A DNA stretch of 64,000 nt from Limnothrix sp. BL-A-16. Its GTDB lineage: Bacteria > Cyanobacteriota > Cyanobacteriia > CACIAM-69d. The stretch spans positions 1,088,001-1,152,000 of the forward strand of contig CP166615.1 of assembly GCA_041937175.2 (NCBI GenBank), read 5' to 3'. Below, one piece after another: positions 21,571 through 32,404 of this stretch. A model generated the notes under the pieces. It saw only the letters and a list, made by a program, of their open reading frames with translations, did not search any database and was not told the DNA's origin. Position numbers and translations under genes: made by a program. The first letter of the stretch is position 1; each line of letters begins with the position of its first letter.

Positions 21571-23832
21571 ATGAGGCTCAAACAACGGTTTCAGCAATTG
21601 GTGAACTATCGCCGCTGGTGGCCCATGTCCCTGGCGCTGCAAATCCGTTTGGGGCTGACGCTGATGGTCTCCCTGGGAACGCTGGCCACTGGGGCCCTGT
21701 TGGCCTACAACAGCACTCAGGTACAACTGAAAACACTGCATCAATTGCAGGCGGCTCAATCGCGGGCGGTGGCGGAGCGCATTAGTACCTATCTGGAAGA
21801 TTTCCAGCGCAAATTGGGCTATTTGTCACGGGTGACGGGACTGTCAGAGCTGCCCGTGCCGGTGCAACGATCGCTCCTGGAGGCGTTGATTCGCCACGAT
21901 TCGGCCTATGAGATGGTGGCGATTTTGGATCGATCGGGACAGCCCATCACCTTTGTGGCCACTGATCCCCTATTTCGCCCCCAAAACCAGAGCCGCACTG
22001 TAGCCTTCTCGCGGGCCTACCGCTGGGCCGAAGACTATGTGGGTTGGGTGGAATCGGAACAGCTCCACGATCGGCGGGTGCGCTGGATCATGATGAGCGT
22101 GCCTATTCGCGATCGCTCGGAGCAGATTGCGGGGGTGCTGCTGGCTCGGGTGAATTTAGATTTTCTGGATTCTGTGCTCAGTGAGGCCTGGAGCGAAGAG
22201 GCGGGCTATACCTATCTGCTCGATCGACGCAATGTGGTGCTAACGGTGAGCGATGCCGACCCCACCACCTTCGCCCCCATTAATTTGGAGGGGCAACACC
22301 TGGCCGAACATTTGGATCAGGCGATCTCGGGGGAAGTGACCCAATATCAAGGCTTAAAACAGGCGCAGGTGATTGGAACCGTTGCGCCCATCCCCTCCAG
22401 CAACTCCAGCGGCTGGCGGGTGGTGACGGAGTTGCCCCTGGCCGATGCCTATGCGCCGCTGCGTGACCTGATTTTACAGATGACCCTTGGGTCGATCGCA
22501 GCGGGAGCGGCGGCCGGTTGGCTCAGTTGGCGCTTGGCCCATCGGGCGATTTATCCCTTGCAATTGCTGACCCATGAGGTGATTAAGCTCGATCGAGCGT
22601 CCTTTTTGCAACTCCAGCAACATAGCCACATTGACCAGCTCGCGGCCACCCACGATCGCCATGAGCTGGGTATTTTGGCGCGGGCTTTCAAGGACATGGC
22701 CCACCGGCTGGGGGAATCTTTTGTGGCCTTGGGCAAGGCCAATGAAGAATTGGAACAGCGGGTTGTGGAGCGGACGATCGAACTGCAACGGGCCTTGGAT
22801 GATCTGCGCCATACCCAATTACAACTAATCAAAACTGAAAAAATGTCCAGTGTGGGTCAACTAGTAGCCGGATTAGCCCACGAAATTAATAATCCCGTTA
22901 GCTTTATCTTTGGCAACCTGGCCCATGCTCGTTCCTATTTTGAAGATATTGTTGAGCTGCATCAAATCTGTATTCAAGAACTGGGCTATCACCCCGATGA
23001 ACCCATAGAACAAGGCCTGGCAAAATTGCCCGAGCGAGTGCGCGAAAAATGGGAAGAAATTGAATATGATTTTATTCTCCAAGACTATCCAAAATTGCTG
23101 CAATCCATGGAATATGGAGCGGTTCGCATTCGGGATCTGATTCGCAATTTGCGAGAATTTGCGCGCCTGGATGAAGCAGAAGTCAAAATTGTTGATCTCA
23201 ATGCCAGCCTTGAAAGTACCCTGACGATTCTGCAAAATCGATTGGGGCCCATGCCAACTCGCTCTTGTATTACCTTGCATCGATCGCTTGGAGAATTGCC
23301 CACCGTCACTTGCTACGCGGGCCAGCTCAATCAGGTGTTTTTGCAAATTTTGAGCAATGCGATCGATGCAATGGATTTGTTGCCCAATGACGAACAGCCG
23401 CAACTATGGATCACGACCGGCTGCCTGGATGAAGCGATTGTGATTTCGATTCGAGACAACGGCCCTGGTTTGGATGAATCCGCCGCCAACAAAATTTTTG
23501 ATCCCTTTTTCACCACCAAGCCCGTGGGTCAAGGCACAGGATTGGGCCTATCGATTAGCTACCAAATTGTTGTGGAAACCCATGGCGGTTCCTTGGAAGC
23601 CAAGAACCATCACCAAGGGGGGGCGGAATTTACCATTACCTTGCCGCTCGATCGGCTGACGCAGTTGGCGCGGCGCACCACTCCCCATGACGCGGATGCT
23701 GATCATGGGCTTACCATCGACCCCAGGGAAGGAATTGCCCAAGCCTCCGCGAATCGAGTCAATGGCAATAACAATGCAATCACCGCCACCAGCACCAGTC
23801 CAGTCGCTACGGTGGGCATCCCGCTAATTTAA
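21571..23832 (+). CDS. Sensor histidine kinase (TM, Cache-like, TM, HAMP, HisKA, HATPase)
   Basis: [51 protein letters not shown]. Confidence 0.92.
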   Translation: MRLKQRFQQLVNYRRWWPMSLALQIRLGLTLMVSLGTLATGALLAYNSTQVQLKTLHQLQAAQSRAVAERISTYLEDFQRKLGYLSRVTGLSELPVPVQRSLLEALIRHDSAYEMVAILDRSGQPITFVATDPLFRPQNQSRTVAFSRAYRWAEDYVGWVESEQLHDRRVRWIMMSVPIRDRSEQIAGVLLARVNLDFLDSVLSEAWSEEAGYTYLLDRRNVVLTVSDADPTTFAPINLEGQHLAEHLDQAISGEVTQYQGLKQAQVIGTVAPIPSSNSSGWRVVTELPLADAYAPLRDLILQMTLGSIAAGAAAGWLSWRLAHRAIYPLQLLTHEVIKLDRASFLQLQQHSHIDQLAATHDRHELGILARAFKDMAHRLGESFVALGKANEELEQRVVERTIELQRALDDLRHTQLQLIKTEKMSSVGQLVAGLAHEINNPVSFIFGNLAHARSYFEDIVELHQICIQELGYHPDEPIEQGLAKLPERVREKWEEIEYDFILQDYPKLLQSMEYGAVRIRDLIRNLREFARLDEAEVKIVDLNASLESTLTILQNRLGPMPTRSCITLHRSLGELPTVTCYAGQLNQVFLQILSNAIDAMDLLPNDEQPQLWITTGCLDEAIVISIRDNGPGLDESAANKIFDPFFTTKPVGQGTGLGLSISYQIVVETHGGSLEAKNHHQGGAEFTITLPLDRLTQLARRTTPHDADADHGLTIDPREGIAQASANRVNGNNNAITATSTSPVATVGIPLI

Positions 23833-24178
23833 CGCCAGCGTTTGACCGTCCCTCCAGTTAACTGCCCAAAAGTTAAACCTCAAGTTAACTATCCAAAAGT
23901 TAACCGTCCAAATTCGTAAACATGGGGTCGGTTCATGCTTCCTGCTGAGGCCACTTCCAGGCATGGTAGGCAATAAGTAAAAGAAGAACGACTTCTACAA
24001 GAGTGCCGAATATCATGTGAGGGCAAGCCTCTTTTTTTTGCTAAATTCAATAACGAATAAGAAATCAGAAGTGTTGAATACAGCCTTTATCTCAAATAAT
24101 ACTTCCGTTTTTGAATAGTTCTCATCTGTTTTAGTCACTTGATTTCAACAAATGATGATGAGCAAAATTGTGTTTTTA

Positions 24179-24309
24179 GAGGATGTCTGAGCAGTGAATT
24201 GGAGCGCTAACTAAGCAGTAACAGTCATGGGATCAAGAGACTTGGGATCCTGATCTTTGCTGCTTGGGAAAATCCACAAGGTATCAATTTTGACTTCCCA
24301 GACATCCTC
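24179..24309. mobile_element. MITE (IS5/IS1031-like ends), 131 bp
   Basis: Terminal inverted repeats GAGGATGTCTG...CAGACATCCTC, flanked by TTA on both sides. Confidence 0.75.
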
Positions 24310-24643
24310 TTAAAATAATGAAGATGCTTTGCAGGGTTCACCATAACAAATCACCATGGCAAAGGCCAACCTAGGTTTTGGCTATCCATGGTTTTGACGC
24401 TTTGCATATTTTGATACAACATGGGTTTTGGGTAATCTTGATCTTGCTCCCATTATTCCTCTCATTTTCTGAGGATTGAGCTAAGATGGGAGGCTAACAA
24501 GCAATGAGCTAATAATTATTTAAACCTCATTTTTTGTTAGGATGCTTAAATGGATCAAGCAGCTCAAGCGTTGCTAATTCTCGAAACTAGAAACTTCATC
24601 TCCTGCTCATAGTGACCATCTCCCGCTACAGCGAGTACCTTCA

Positions 24644-26851
24644 ATGGATTTGCAAAAAATCAAGGAAATTTTTGAAGCGATCGTTTTGGGCAGCCAATCT
24701 TATATGCCCCATGGTCATTGTTATTTGTGGCAAACGCCCTTAGTGGGGCTGCATGTGGTTAGTGATTCACTAATTGCGATTGCCTATTTCTCGATTCCCG
24801 CCATGCTGATGTACTTTGCTTATCAGCGTCGGAAATTTTTGCCAATCAGCATTTTTCTGATGTTCGGGGCATTTATTATCCTATGTGGCTTAGGTCATTT
24901 ACTGGAAGTTTGGACGCTGTGGTATGGGGCCTATTGGCTAGCAGGGATTGAAAAAGCCTTAACGGCTTTAATTTCTTGCTACACGGCTGTTTCTCTTGTG
25001 AATTTATTACCTCAATTTCTATCATTGCGTAGTCCAGATGAACTGGAGAAAATTAACCAACAATTGCAGCAGGAGGTCAGCAGTCGGCAGATTATTGCCC
25101 AGGAATTAGCCCAAATTAATCAGAATTTGGAGGCCCGAATCGCCGATCGCACCGTTGAGTTACAAACCAAAAATACTCAATTGATGCGAGAGATTCAGGA
25201 ACGCCAATCGATTGAACAATCTTTGGCTCGCCGGTTAGCCTGTGAACAAATTTTTTCTAAAACCTTGCAGCGCGTTTGGACAACGGCGGACTTTGAACCC
25301 CTGTTTCAGACCTTAGTGCAAGATGTTCGCGAGTTTTTGCAAGTCGATCGGGTGCTGATTTTTCAGCTTAATGGGGACTTCAGCGGCGCAATTTCCACAG
25401 AATCTGTTTCGGATCCCAGCTTGAGCTTGTTGGGACAATCCTTTGTGGATCCTTGTTTTCAAGAAAAACATGCTCCTCTATATCAAGCAGGACGCATCTG
25501 CATGATTGAAGACATTGAAGTCAGCTCCTTGCAAGAATGTCATCGAGAATTTTTGCGTAGTTTGCAAGTGCGTAGCAACTTAGTTATCCCAATTTTATGG
25601 AAATCAGAATCTAGTCATTTAAATCGGCAGGAAGGCCTCAGTGATCAAGCAATCACTCCGGCTACGTTTTACCTTTGGGGATTATTAATTGCCCAATCTT
25701 GTCAAGGAGCGCGAGCCTGGGACAATTTGGAAGTGGAAGCGTTGCAACAGTTGAGTTTGCAATTGGGAATTGCCCTGCGCCAAAGTAAGTTGATGAACCG
25801 CTTGCAGGAAGAGCTACAAGAAAAACAACAAACGGCTTTAGCCCTACAAGCTTCTGAACAAGAAGCGCGACAGCAGGCAGCATCATTAGCCACAACATTA
25901 AATCAACTGCAAGCAACTCAAGCTCAGTTAGTGCAGTCAGAAAAGTTGGCTTCTTTAGGCAAAATGGTTGGGGGAATTGCCCATGAAATTAATAATCCCT
26001 TGAGCTTTATCTATGGCAACTTAACCCACGCCCACGAATATAGTAATCAAGTGCTTCAAGGTCTTGACCTCTATCAACAGCATTATCCTAATCCAGTGGC
26101 CCCGATCGCCCAGTGGCTCTCGGAAGTGGAATTTGAATTTCTAAAAGCCGATTTTCCTAAGCTTCTGACTTCTATGAAAAACGGAGCCGATCGAATTCGT
26201 GAAATTGTGTTGTTGTTGCGCAATTTTTCGCGATTGGATGAATCGGAACTCAAATCCGTTGATATTCACGATGGAATTAATAGCACACTCAGCATTTTAA
26301 CTGAGCGATTTTTAGAGTCCACTTGCGGTCAAGCGATTCAGTCTCATTGTGATTACGATCGTGATATTCCCACGGTGGAATGCTATCCCGGTTTGCTGAA
26401 TCAAGCGCTGTTTAATCTGTTTAGTAATGCTCTGGATGCCGTTGAGGAACGCTGTCGATTGCAAGAAATGTTTGTGCCCATGGTGAAGGTGGAAACACGC
26501 CTGATTTGTCAGCAACATGCCAATGGTTTGACCTTGCAACGGTTTGCGCAAATTCAAATTACTGACAATGGTTCAGGGATTGATCCAGCGTTGGCGGATA
26601 AGATTTTTGATCCCTTTTTCACCACCAAGCCGATCGGGCAAGGAACTGGAATGGGCCTGGCGAATGCCTACCAAATCATTGTGAAACGGCATCACGGGGA
26701 ACTCTGGTATCAGGTGAATGAGCAGGGACAAACCCAATTTGTGGTGAAAATCCCGATCGAGCAATATTTTTCCAGTCCTGCTGCCACCGAGCGATCGGTC
26801 TCGCCGGCCTTGACGATCGATTCCTTGAGCAGTTCTGCGCCCCGAATTTAG
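24644..26851 (+). CDS. Histidine kinase with ethylene-binding (ETR1-type) TM domain and DXCF cyanobacteriochrome GAF
   Basis: MPHGHCYLW...[13 protein letters not shown]...[14 protein letters not shown] with DPCF and CH cysteines; AHEINNP H-box and G-boxes. Confidence 0.9.
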   Translation: MDLQKIKEIFEAIVLGSQSYMPHGHCYLWQTPLVGLHVVSDSLIAIAYFSIPAMLMYFAYQRRKFLPISIFLMFGAFIILCGLGHLLEVWTLWYGAYWLAGIEKALTALISCYTAVSLVNLLPQFLSLRSPDELEKINQQLQQEVSSRQIIAQELAQINQNLEARIADRTVELQTKNTQLMREIQERQSIEQSLARRLACEQIFSKTLQRVWTTADFEPLFQTLVQDVREFLQVDRVLIFQLNGDFSGAISTESVSDPSLSLLGQSFVDPCFQEKHAPLYQAGRICMIEDIEVSSLQECHREFLRSLQVRSNLVIPILWKSESSHLNRQEGLSDQAITPATFYLWGLLIAQSCQGARAWDNLEVEALQQLSLQLGIALRQSKLMNRLQEELQEKQQTALALQASEQEARQQAASLATTLNQLQATQAQLVQSEKLASLGKMVGGIAHEINNPLSFIYGNLTHAHEYSNQVLQGLDLYQQHYPNPVAPIAQWLSEVEFEFLKADFPKLLTSMKNGADRIREIVLLLRNFSRLDESELKSVDIHDGINSTLSILTERFLESTCGQAIQSHCDYDRDIPTVECYPGLLNQALFNLFSNALDAVEERCRLQEMFVPMVKVETRLICQQHANGLTLQRFAQIQITDNGSGIDPALADKIFDPFFTTKPIGQGTGMGLANAYQIIVKRHHGELWYQVNEQGQTQFVVKIPIEQYFSSPAATERSVSPALTIDSLSSSAPRI

Positions 26852-26946
26852 GAATTAAGGCTCAAGCCCTCGAAACCCAGAATGTTTCTAGAAAAATTAG
26901 CCTAAAATGATCAAATGATCGTCCACAGAACAGCTAAATTGAAGCC

Positions 26947-28497
26947 TTAGGACTCTGATTCGCGAGCCGGAAACGATCGATAAATTTCCATAATGAAGGC
27001 TGTTCCCTTGCCTGGTTCCGACAAACAGGACAGCGTTCCCCCATGCAAGTTCACAATAATTTGATGACTAATGGCTAACCCCATACCGATTCCTTTACCC
27101 ACTGATTTTGTGGTGTAAAACGGGTCAAAAGCTTGGCGGCGTAATTCGTCATTCATTCCCAAACCATTGTCTGAAATCGCAATTCGCACGCGATCTGGCT
27201 CAACAGTTTCAGTGCGCACGGTGATGGTTGGCAGGGTATCCGGTGGGTAGCTGTCGCCCACACCCTGATCTAGCGCTTCGATCGCGTTTAGTAACACTTG
27301 CATAAAGCATTGGTTTAACTGCCCGATCGCACAATCAACTAAGGGCAAATCCCCATAGTCACGCACCACTTGAATGGAGGGGCGTTTGCCATTTCCGGCT
27401 AAGTGAACTCCCATCAGACTAATAGTAGCGTCAAGGTTTTCATGCAAATCGGTAAATTTAATCGTTGATTCATCCAAGCGCGAAAACATGCGTAAGAGAT
27501 TCACGACGGTTTTAATGCGGTTGGCTCCCACGAACATAGAGCTAAAGAGGGGTGAAAAATCTTCAGTAAGATATTCCAAATCCAACTCCGTGAGAACCGC
27601 AGCAATATCTTCGTGGGGATTGGGATAATGTTTTTTATAGAGGCTCACTAAGTTGAATAGTTCCTCTAGATAGGTTTGGCAATGATGAAGATTGCCGTGA
27701 ATAAAGTTAATGGGATTATTAATTTCATGGGCCACGCCTGCCACCAAGCGCCCCAAGGCTGACATTTTCTCCGCATGAATCAAGGTGATTTGCGCCTTTT
27801 GCAAATTCTCAAGGGCTTGGGCTAGCTTTTTGCTTTTTTCGGTGGCTACTTGGGCAATTTCTTGACGACGTTTCACCTCCGCTTCCAGTTGAATTGCTTT
27901 TCGCCGCAGCTCCAATTGGGCAATGACCTGACGGCCCAAGGCTTCTAGGGCTTCCATTTGTTGAGTTGTTAGCTGTCGGGGCGTTTTGTCAATCACGCAT
28001 AATGTCCCGATCGCATGGCCATTGGTAGTCAGCAAAGGTGTCCCAGCATAGAAGCGAATTTTCGGTTCTTGCTGGACTAAAGGATTATTCGTAAAGCGTC
28101 CATCTTTCAGTGCATCTTCCACAACTAAAACTTGATCAGGTCGGCAAATTGCGTGGGCACAAAAAGCTTGGCTGCGTGGCGTTTGTGTGGCATCAATTCC
28201 ATGACGGGACTTAAACCATTGCCGCTCGCCATCCAGCAAGCTAATGAGCGAAATGGGAGTGCCGCAAATCTGGGCTGCAATCTTGGTCAAATCATCGTAT
28301 TGACGTTCGGGAACCGTGTCCAAAATTTGATAGTCGAGCAGGTCTTGTAATCGTTCCTCTTCATCAGTGGGAAGAGGAAACATCCCATGACCATCATGGG
28401 CTACGTCACTGGCTGGTAAATCCATGTCCAACTCCGGGGATGGAACGCGATCGGGATTGGTATTGTGATCAGTGTGATCAGATGAATTCAGCTTCAA
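26947..28497 (-). CDS. Cytoplasmic GAF sensor histidine kinase
   Basis: DEEERL...ILDT...RQWFKS...FCAHAI...RFYAG GAF, AHEINNP, FDPFYTTK. Start uncertain. Confidence 0.9.
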   Translation of the reverse strand: MKLNSSDHTDHNTNPDRVPSPELDMDLPASDVAHDGHGMFPLPTDEEERLQDLLDYQILDTVPERQYDDLTKIAAQICGTPISLISLLDGERQWFKSRHGIDATQTPRSQAFCAHAICRPDQVLVVEDALKDGRFTNNPLVQQEPKIRFYAGTPLLTTNGHAIGTLCVIDKTPRQLTTQQMEALEALGRQVIAQLELRRKAIQLEAEVKRRQEIAQVATEKSKKLAQALENLQKAQITLIHAEKMSALGRLVAGVAHEINNPINFIHGNLHHCQTYLEELFNLVSLYKKHYPNPHEDIAAVLTELDLEYLTEDFSPLFSSMFVGANRIKTVVNLLRMFSRLDESTIKFTDLHENLDATISLMGVHLAGNGKRPSIQVVRDYGDLPLVDCAIGQLNQCFMQVLLNAIEALDQGVGDSYPPDTLPTITVRTETVEPDRVRIAISDNGLGMNDELRRQAFDPFYTTKSVGKGIGMGLAISHQIIVNLHGGTLSCLSEPGKGTAFIMEIYRSFPARESES

Positions 28498-28938
28498 TTT
28501 CGGTTGCTTAGGAGTGGTGTGGATCGGGCTAGGTTCACGAACCTACTGACTGTTGATCGCGGAGGTGTCTTCCCAGGTTACTCTAACGTCGCAAGATGGT
28601 AAAACTCGGGAAGAGATGATTGACTGACATCACAATTTAGCAGAGCCAGGAACACAACTTAACCCCCTGGAACGTTTCATGAATTCCTAGAACATTCAAT
28701 TAATGTTCATGCCAGAGTGGCCGGTTTCAGGAAACCCAATCGGTAAGGATCTTTGAGCACCATCTTTGGGGATTGCTAGAGCGCCAATCGTTATAGGGTC
28801 AAGGGTCTGAACTCTTTTGTCTTTGCTCTCTTGTCTTTGCTGATCGATTGGGCCGGCAGTGCATTGGCTTTGGCGACTCAGGTATTTTTTTAGAATATAG
28901 CTTTCATTCGTGATCTTCCAAGATTTCTTGATTTTCAC

Positions 28939-31059
28939 TTAAAATAATTGATTAAGTGGCGAAATTGACCCATCACTAGGATTTTGCGCCAAATCTTCAA
29001 AGGTTGTGAATCGTTCCTGTTGCAATTGTTGTAAGTAGCGGCGTTCTTGATAATAAAGATCGTGAAAGGTTTGTTGCTGCTCGTAGGCGCGATTGAGGTT
29101 TTCCTCTAGGCGTTCTAGGTCGATCGGGTCAGGAGCCAGGGCCAAGTTACCGGCCACGCCACCCCCGCCACCACCCCCGCTGCCACGCAGGCTAATCACC
29201 TTATCGTTTCCGGAGCCGATCGGGGGTTCACCGGCAAAAACCCGCCGCAACGCTTCGGCCGCCACTTCCGCTTGCAGGTAGTGCGAGAGCCAAGCATCCA
29301 GCAGGTGGCGGCAACGCTTGGCGCATTGCAGGCTTTCGAGGGTGGCGATCGCGGCGCGGATGGCGAGGCCGGGGCGATCGAGATCCAACAGGGTACGCTC
29401 ATCTAAGCTCAAAAGCCGATCGACCATGACCAAATCCTCGTGGGAAAGGTCTGGATTCGATCGCAATTCAATCGCCAATTCGGTCGCCTCCTGACCCCAT
29501 TGCTCTTGCAGTTGCAAAATCTGCCGCCACAAAAAGCGATGGTGTGACAGGCCAAACTCCAACTCTCGCTCTTCCAAAATGGCCAGGATTTGCTGGCGAC
29601 GATCGGGCCGGTGCAAATAAATCCGCAAAAGCTGTCCCTCCGCCGACTCCCGCAGGCTGCTATCGCCCGATCGTTGCCACTTGGCCGATCGCCCGTGCCA
29701 GCGCTGGCCCTGCACCTGCGCTCGCAAATCCTGCTCCAATTGCAGCGTAAAGTAGCTATCCTTTTGGCCCAGCAGGTCGGCACAGCGGCGGATGTAGTGG
29801 CTGCGGGTGGCGGGATTGGGCAGTTGGCCCAGCAGCTTCACCGCATCGCCCACGGCCGCTTGAAACTGGTCAGCCAAGCGCAAATCCCGGGAGCCGATCG
29901 CCCGATCGAGCTGCCAATCGAGCCACAGGGGCGCATCGGCGATCAGGGTGCGGTAATGATCCGGGCTGTAGGTTTTCAGGAACTCATCGGCATCCTTACC
30001 CCCCGGCAAGTTCAACACCCGCAGTTGAATTTCGCCCCGGTAAGCCAGCCCTTCCACCTCCCCGATCGCCCGCTCCGTGGCCTTTTGACCCGCCGAGTCC
30101 GCGTCAAAGTTCAGGATAATTTGCTTCGATTCCGTGAACCGCGTCAGCAGCTTCACCTGGGCCAAGCTCAGGGCCGTGCCCAAAGCCGCCACGGCATTTT
30201 CGATCCCCGCCGCATGGAGCGCAATCACATCGAAATAGCCCTCCACCACGATCGCCGCATCCTGTTTGGCGATCGGCGTTTTGGCCTGGTCTAGCCCAAA
30301 GAGCGTCTTCCCCTTATCAAATAGCTCCGTTTCCGGCGAGTTCAGATACTTTGGCTCATCGCCGTTCAGCGTCCGCCCCCCAAAGCCGATCGTCCGTCCC
30401 TGGGGATCGCGAATCGGCACCATCAGCCGATCGCGAAATCGATCGTAATAGCCACCGCCCGCCTTCCGGGGCACAATCAACCCCGCCTTTTCCACCAGCG
30501 AGACGGCATAGCGTTTTTGATCGACCAAGTAGCGATAGAGGGCATCCCAGCCGGCCGGTGAATAGCCCAAATTAAACGCTTGAATCGTGTCCTGGCGCAG
30601 TTGCCGTTCTTCTAGCAAATAATCCATGGCCCGCGCCCCCACAGGTTGGGTCAGGGCATGGGCATAGAACCCGGCCGCCACGGCCAGCACTTCATAGAGC
30701 TGTTCGCGCTCCGTAATTTGCCGCTGAATTTCCTGGCGTTGTTCCGGTTCCAGGGTTTGCACGGGCACTTGGTAGCGCCGCGCCAAGTCCAACACCACGT
30801 CACCAAATGATCGCTTGTCCAGCTCCATCAAAAACTTGATGGCGTTGCCCCCGGCCCCACAGGAGAAGCAGTAATAGAACCCTTTGGTGGCGCTGACGGT
30901 GAAGCTGGGGGATTTGTCGTCGTGGAAGGGACAGAGGCCTTTGAAGTCTTTGCCGTTTTTTTTCAGCACGACCCGTTCCGAGACCACATCTACGATGTCG
31001 GCTCGTTGTTTGACGGCTTCTACGGTGTCGGGATGAAGACGCACGATCGGTCGGGGCAA
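28939..31059 (-). CDS. dnaG: DNA primase
   Basis: Zinc-binding CPFH...CFSC, DRFRDRLMVPI, KYLNSPET, TOPRIM motifs VEGYFDVI and FDAD. Confidence 0.97.
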   Translation of the reverse strand: MPRPIVRLHPDTVEAVKQRADIVDVVSERVVLKKNGKDFKGLCPFHDDKSPSFTVSATKGFYYCFSCGAGGNAIKFLMELDKRSFGDVVLDLARRYQVPVQTLEPEQRQEIQRQITEREQLYEVLAVAAGFYAHALTQPVGARAMDYLLEERQLRQDTIQAFNLGYSPAGWDALYRYLVDQKRYAVSLVEKAGLIVPRKAGGGYYDRFRDRLMVPIRDPQGRTIGFGGRTLNGDEPKYLNSPETELFDKGKTLFGLDQAKTPIAKQDAAIVVEGYFDVIALHAAGIENAVAALGTALSLAQVKLLTRFTESKQIILNFDADSAGQKATERAIGEVEGLAYRGEIQLRVLNLPGGKDADEFLKTYSPDHYRTLIADAPLWLDWQLDRAIGSRDLRLADQFQAAVGDAVKLLGQLPNPATRSHYIRRCADLLGQKDSYFTLQLEQDLRAQVQGQRWHGRSAKWQRSGDSSLRESAEGQLLRIYLHRPDRRQQILAILEERELEFGLSHHRFLWRQILQLQEQWGQEATELAIELRSNPDLSHEDLVMVDRLLSLDERTLLDLDRPGLAIRAAIATLESLQCAKRCRHLLDAWLSHYLQAEVAAEALRRVFAGEPPIGSGNDKVISLRGSGGGGGGGVAGNLALAPDPIDLERLEENLNRAYEQQQTFHDLYYQERRYLQQLQQERFTTFEDLAQNPSDGSISPLNQLF

Positions 31060-31222
31060 GTCGAACGGCTATTGTCCTATTATCGCGACCCGATCGGGCG
31101 ATTGAACGCTCAAGGGCGATCGGCAAATCTAAATTTTCGTTGATCTCACTCATGCCAGTTTCGGTCATGGCCTGCTTGACTGACAAAGCGCCTACAAGCC
31201 TGGTTCTGTTGCAGGGGTGTGT

Positions 31223-31606
31223 CTAGTTGTTGGCAATATCTGACAAGTCTGTAATCACCACTAGCCCGCCTTCGATCGTATCGATTTGCAACCGATACCC
31301 ACGCAGCAGACTCATCCCAATCAGTGGATCTGTTTCTGCTGCATTGACTTCAATATCGCGGGCTTGGCCATCCCAAATCGCTACCGCATCATAAATATCA
31401 AATAAAACTTCGCTGCCATCCCCCAAAGTTCCGCGATCGCGATAACTCCACGGCAAATCTAGTTCAGTAATGATCTTGCTGGGGAGGCTGAGAAACCCTG
31501 TAAACCCCGTATCAATCACAGCGTTGACAGATTTGAGTTTGGCATGGTTACGAACAACCACAAGAAGTGTGGCTTCGTAATTCTTGTTGACGTAGCCTTG
31601 CATCAT
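31223..31606 (-). CDS. Clan AA (retropepsin-like) aspartic protease
   Basis: AVIDTGFTG catalytic motif, TLGDG flap and PLIGMSLL. Confidence 0.88.
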   Translation of the reverse strand: MMQGYVNKNYEATLLVVVRNHAKLKSVNAVIDTGFTGFLSLPSKIITELDLPWSYRDRGTLGDGSEVLFDIYDAVAIWDGQARDIEVNAAETDPLIGMSLLRGYRLQIDTIEGGLVVITDLSDIANN

Positions 31607-31878
31607 ATCTGTTCGTTCAAGCTGCGTGCTCCGAAGCGATGAACGGCGCGATAGCCAACTCGGACTACCCAGGTTTGGGAATCGGGCAACCTCTCTCGCA
31701 ATTTTCGCGTAGCGGTCATTGTGTCGTCTGCGACCTCAAATTCTCCCGTTTCAATGTCGATCGCCACAATTTTCCCATGGTTGCCTGGCTCGACTTGTGG
31801 GCGAATCTGAGTCTGATAAATCTGATCGCCCCGCCGAGCAAACTCTTCTTTACTGTATCGAGGTTGTCTGATTGTCAT
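31603..31878 (-). CDS. Small conserved protein (DUF5678-like), translationally coupled to the protease
   Basis: RYSKEEFARRG...GKIVAIDIETGEFEV...RVG. Stop overlaps the protease start (ATGA). Confidence 0.75.
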   Translation of the reverse strand: MTIRQPRYSKEEFARRGDQIYQTQIRPQVEPGNHGKIVAIDIETGEFEVADDTMTATRKLRERLPDSQTWVVRVGYRAVHRFGARSLNEQI

Positions 31879-31932
31879 TGACTAAAGCTCCTCAGAAATA
31901 AATAGCTGCCCAAGATCAAAGGCTCAATCTTG

Positions 31933-32181
31933 TCAACTTTCAAGATTACGCAGATGCTGAACATCTTGGTCAAGGTCTTCTACATCGTAATGAACGCAAA
32001 TGCCGCGATGTGCCAGCAGCTTTTGAAAGCTCATGATCTCCATCCCAGCAATTTTGCTGGCGCGGCCGAGAGAAATTCGCTCTTGCTGAAATAGGGCGAT
32101 TGCAATTTCTCGAAGCCAATCGCTCTGGTTAAAGGTTTCTGCCTGACTAAGGCTATCAGGTAGATTTAGGGTAATTTGCAT
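31933..32181 (-). CDS. UPF0175-family HTH protein (predicted antitoxin)
   Basis: REIAIALFQQERISLGRASKIAGM...FQKLLAHRGI...YDVEDL. GAGG RBS before ATG 32181. Confidence 0.85.
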   Translation of the reverse strand: MQITLNLPDSLSQAETFNQSDWLREIAIALFQQERISLGRASKIAGMEIMSFQKLLAHRGICVHYDVEDLDQDVQHLRNLES

Positions 32182-32404
32182 CGAATTTCCCTCATGGGTC
32201 ATCTACGATCTGATTTACCTTTGTCTGCTAGCCTAAACCGTCTCTAGTTTGTAGAGTAAGCATTGTTTACCTACACCTAATAGCCGATCACCAAAGTAAT
32301 TTGATCGCATTGTGACAAGCCGAGATCATTGTCTTGAGCATGGATACTACTTGTCTAGATAGTGGTAATTATTGCCCACCTTACTTGCTTTATTGCAAAG
32401 TATT

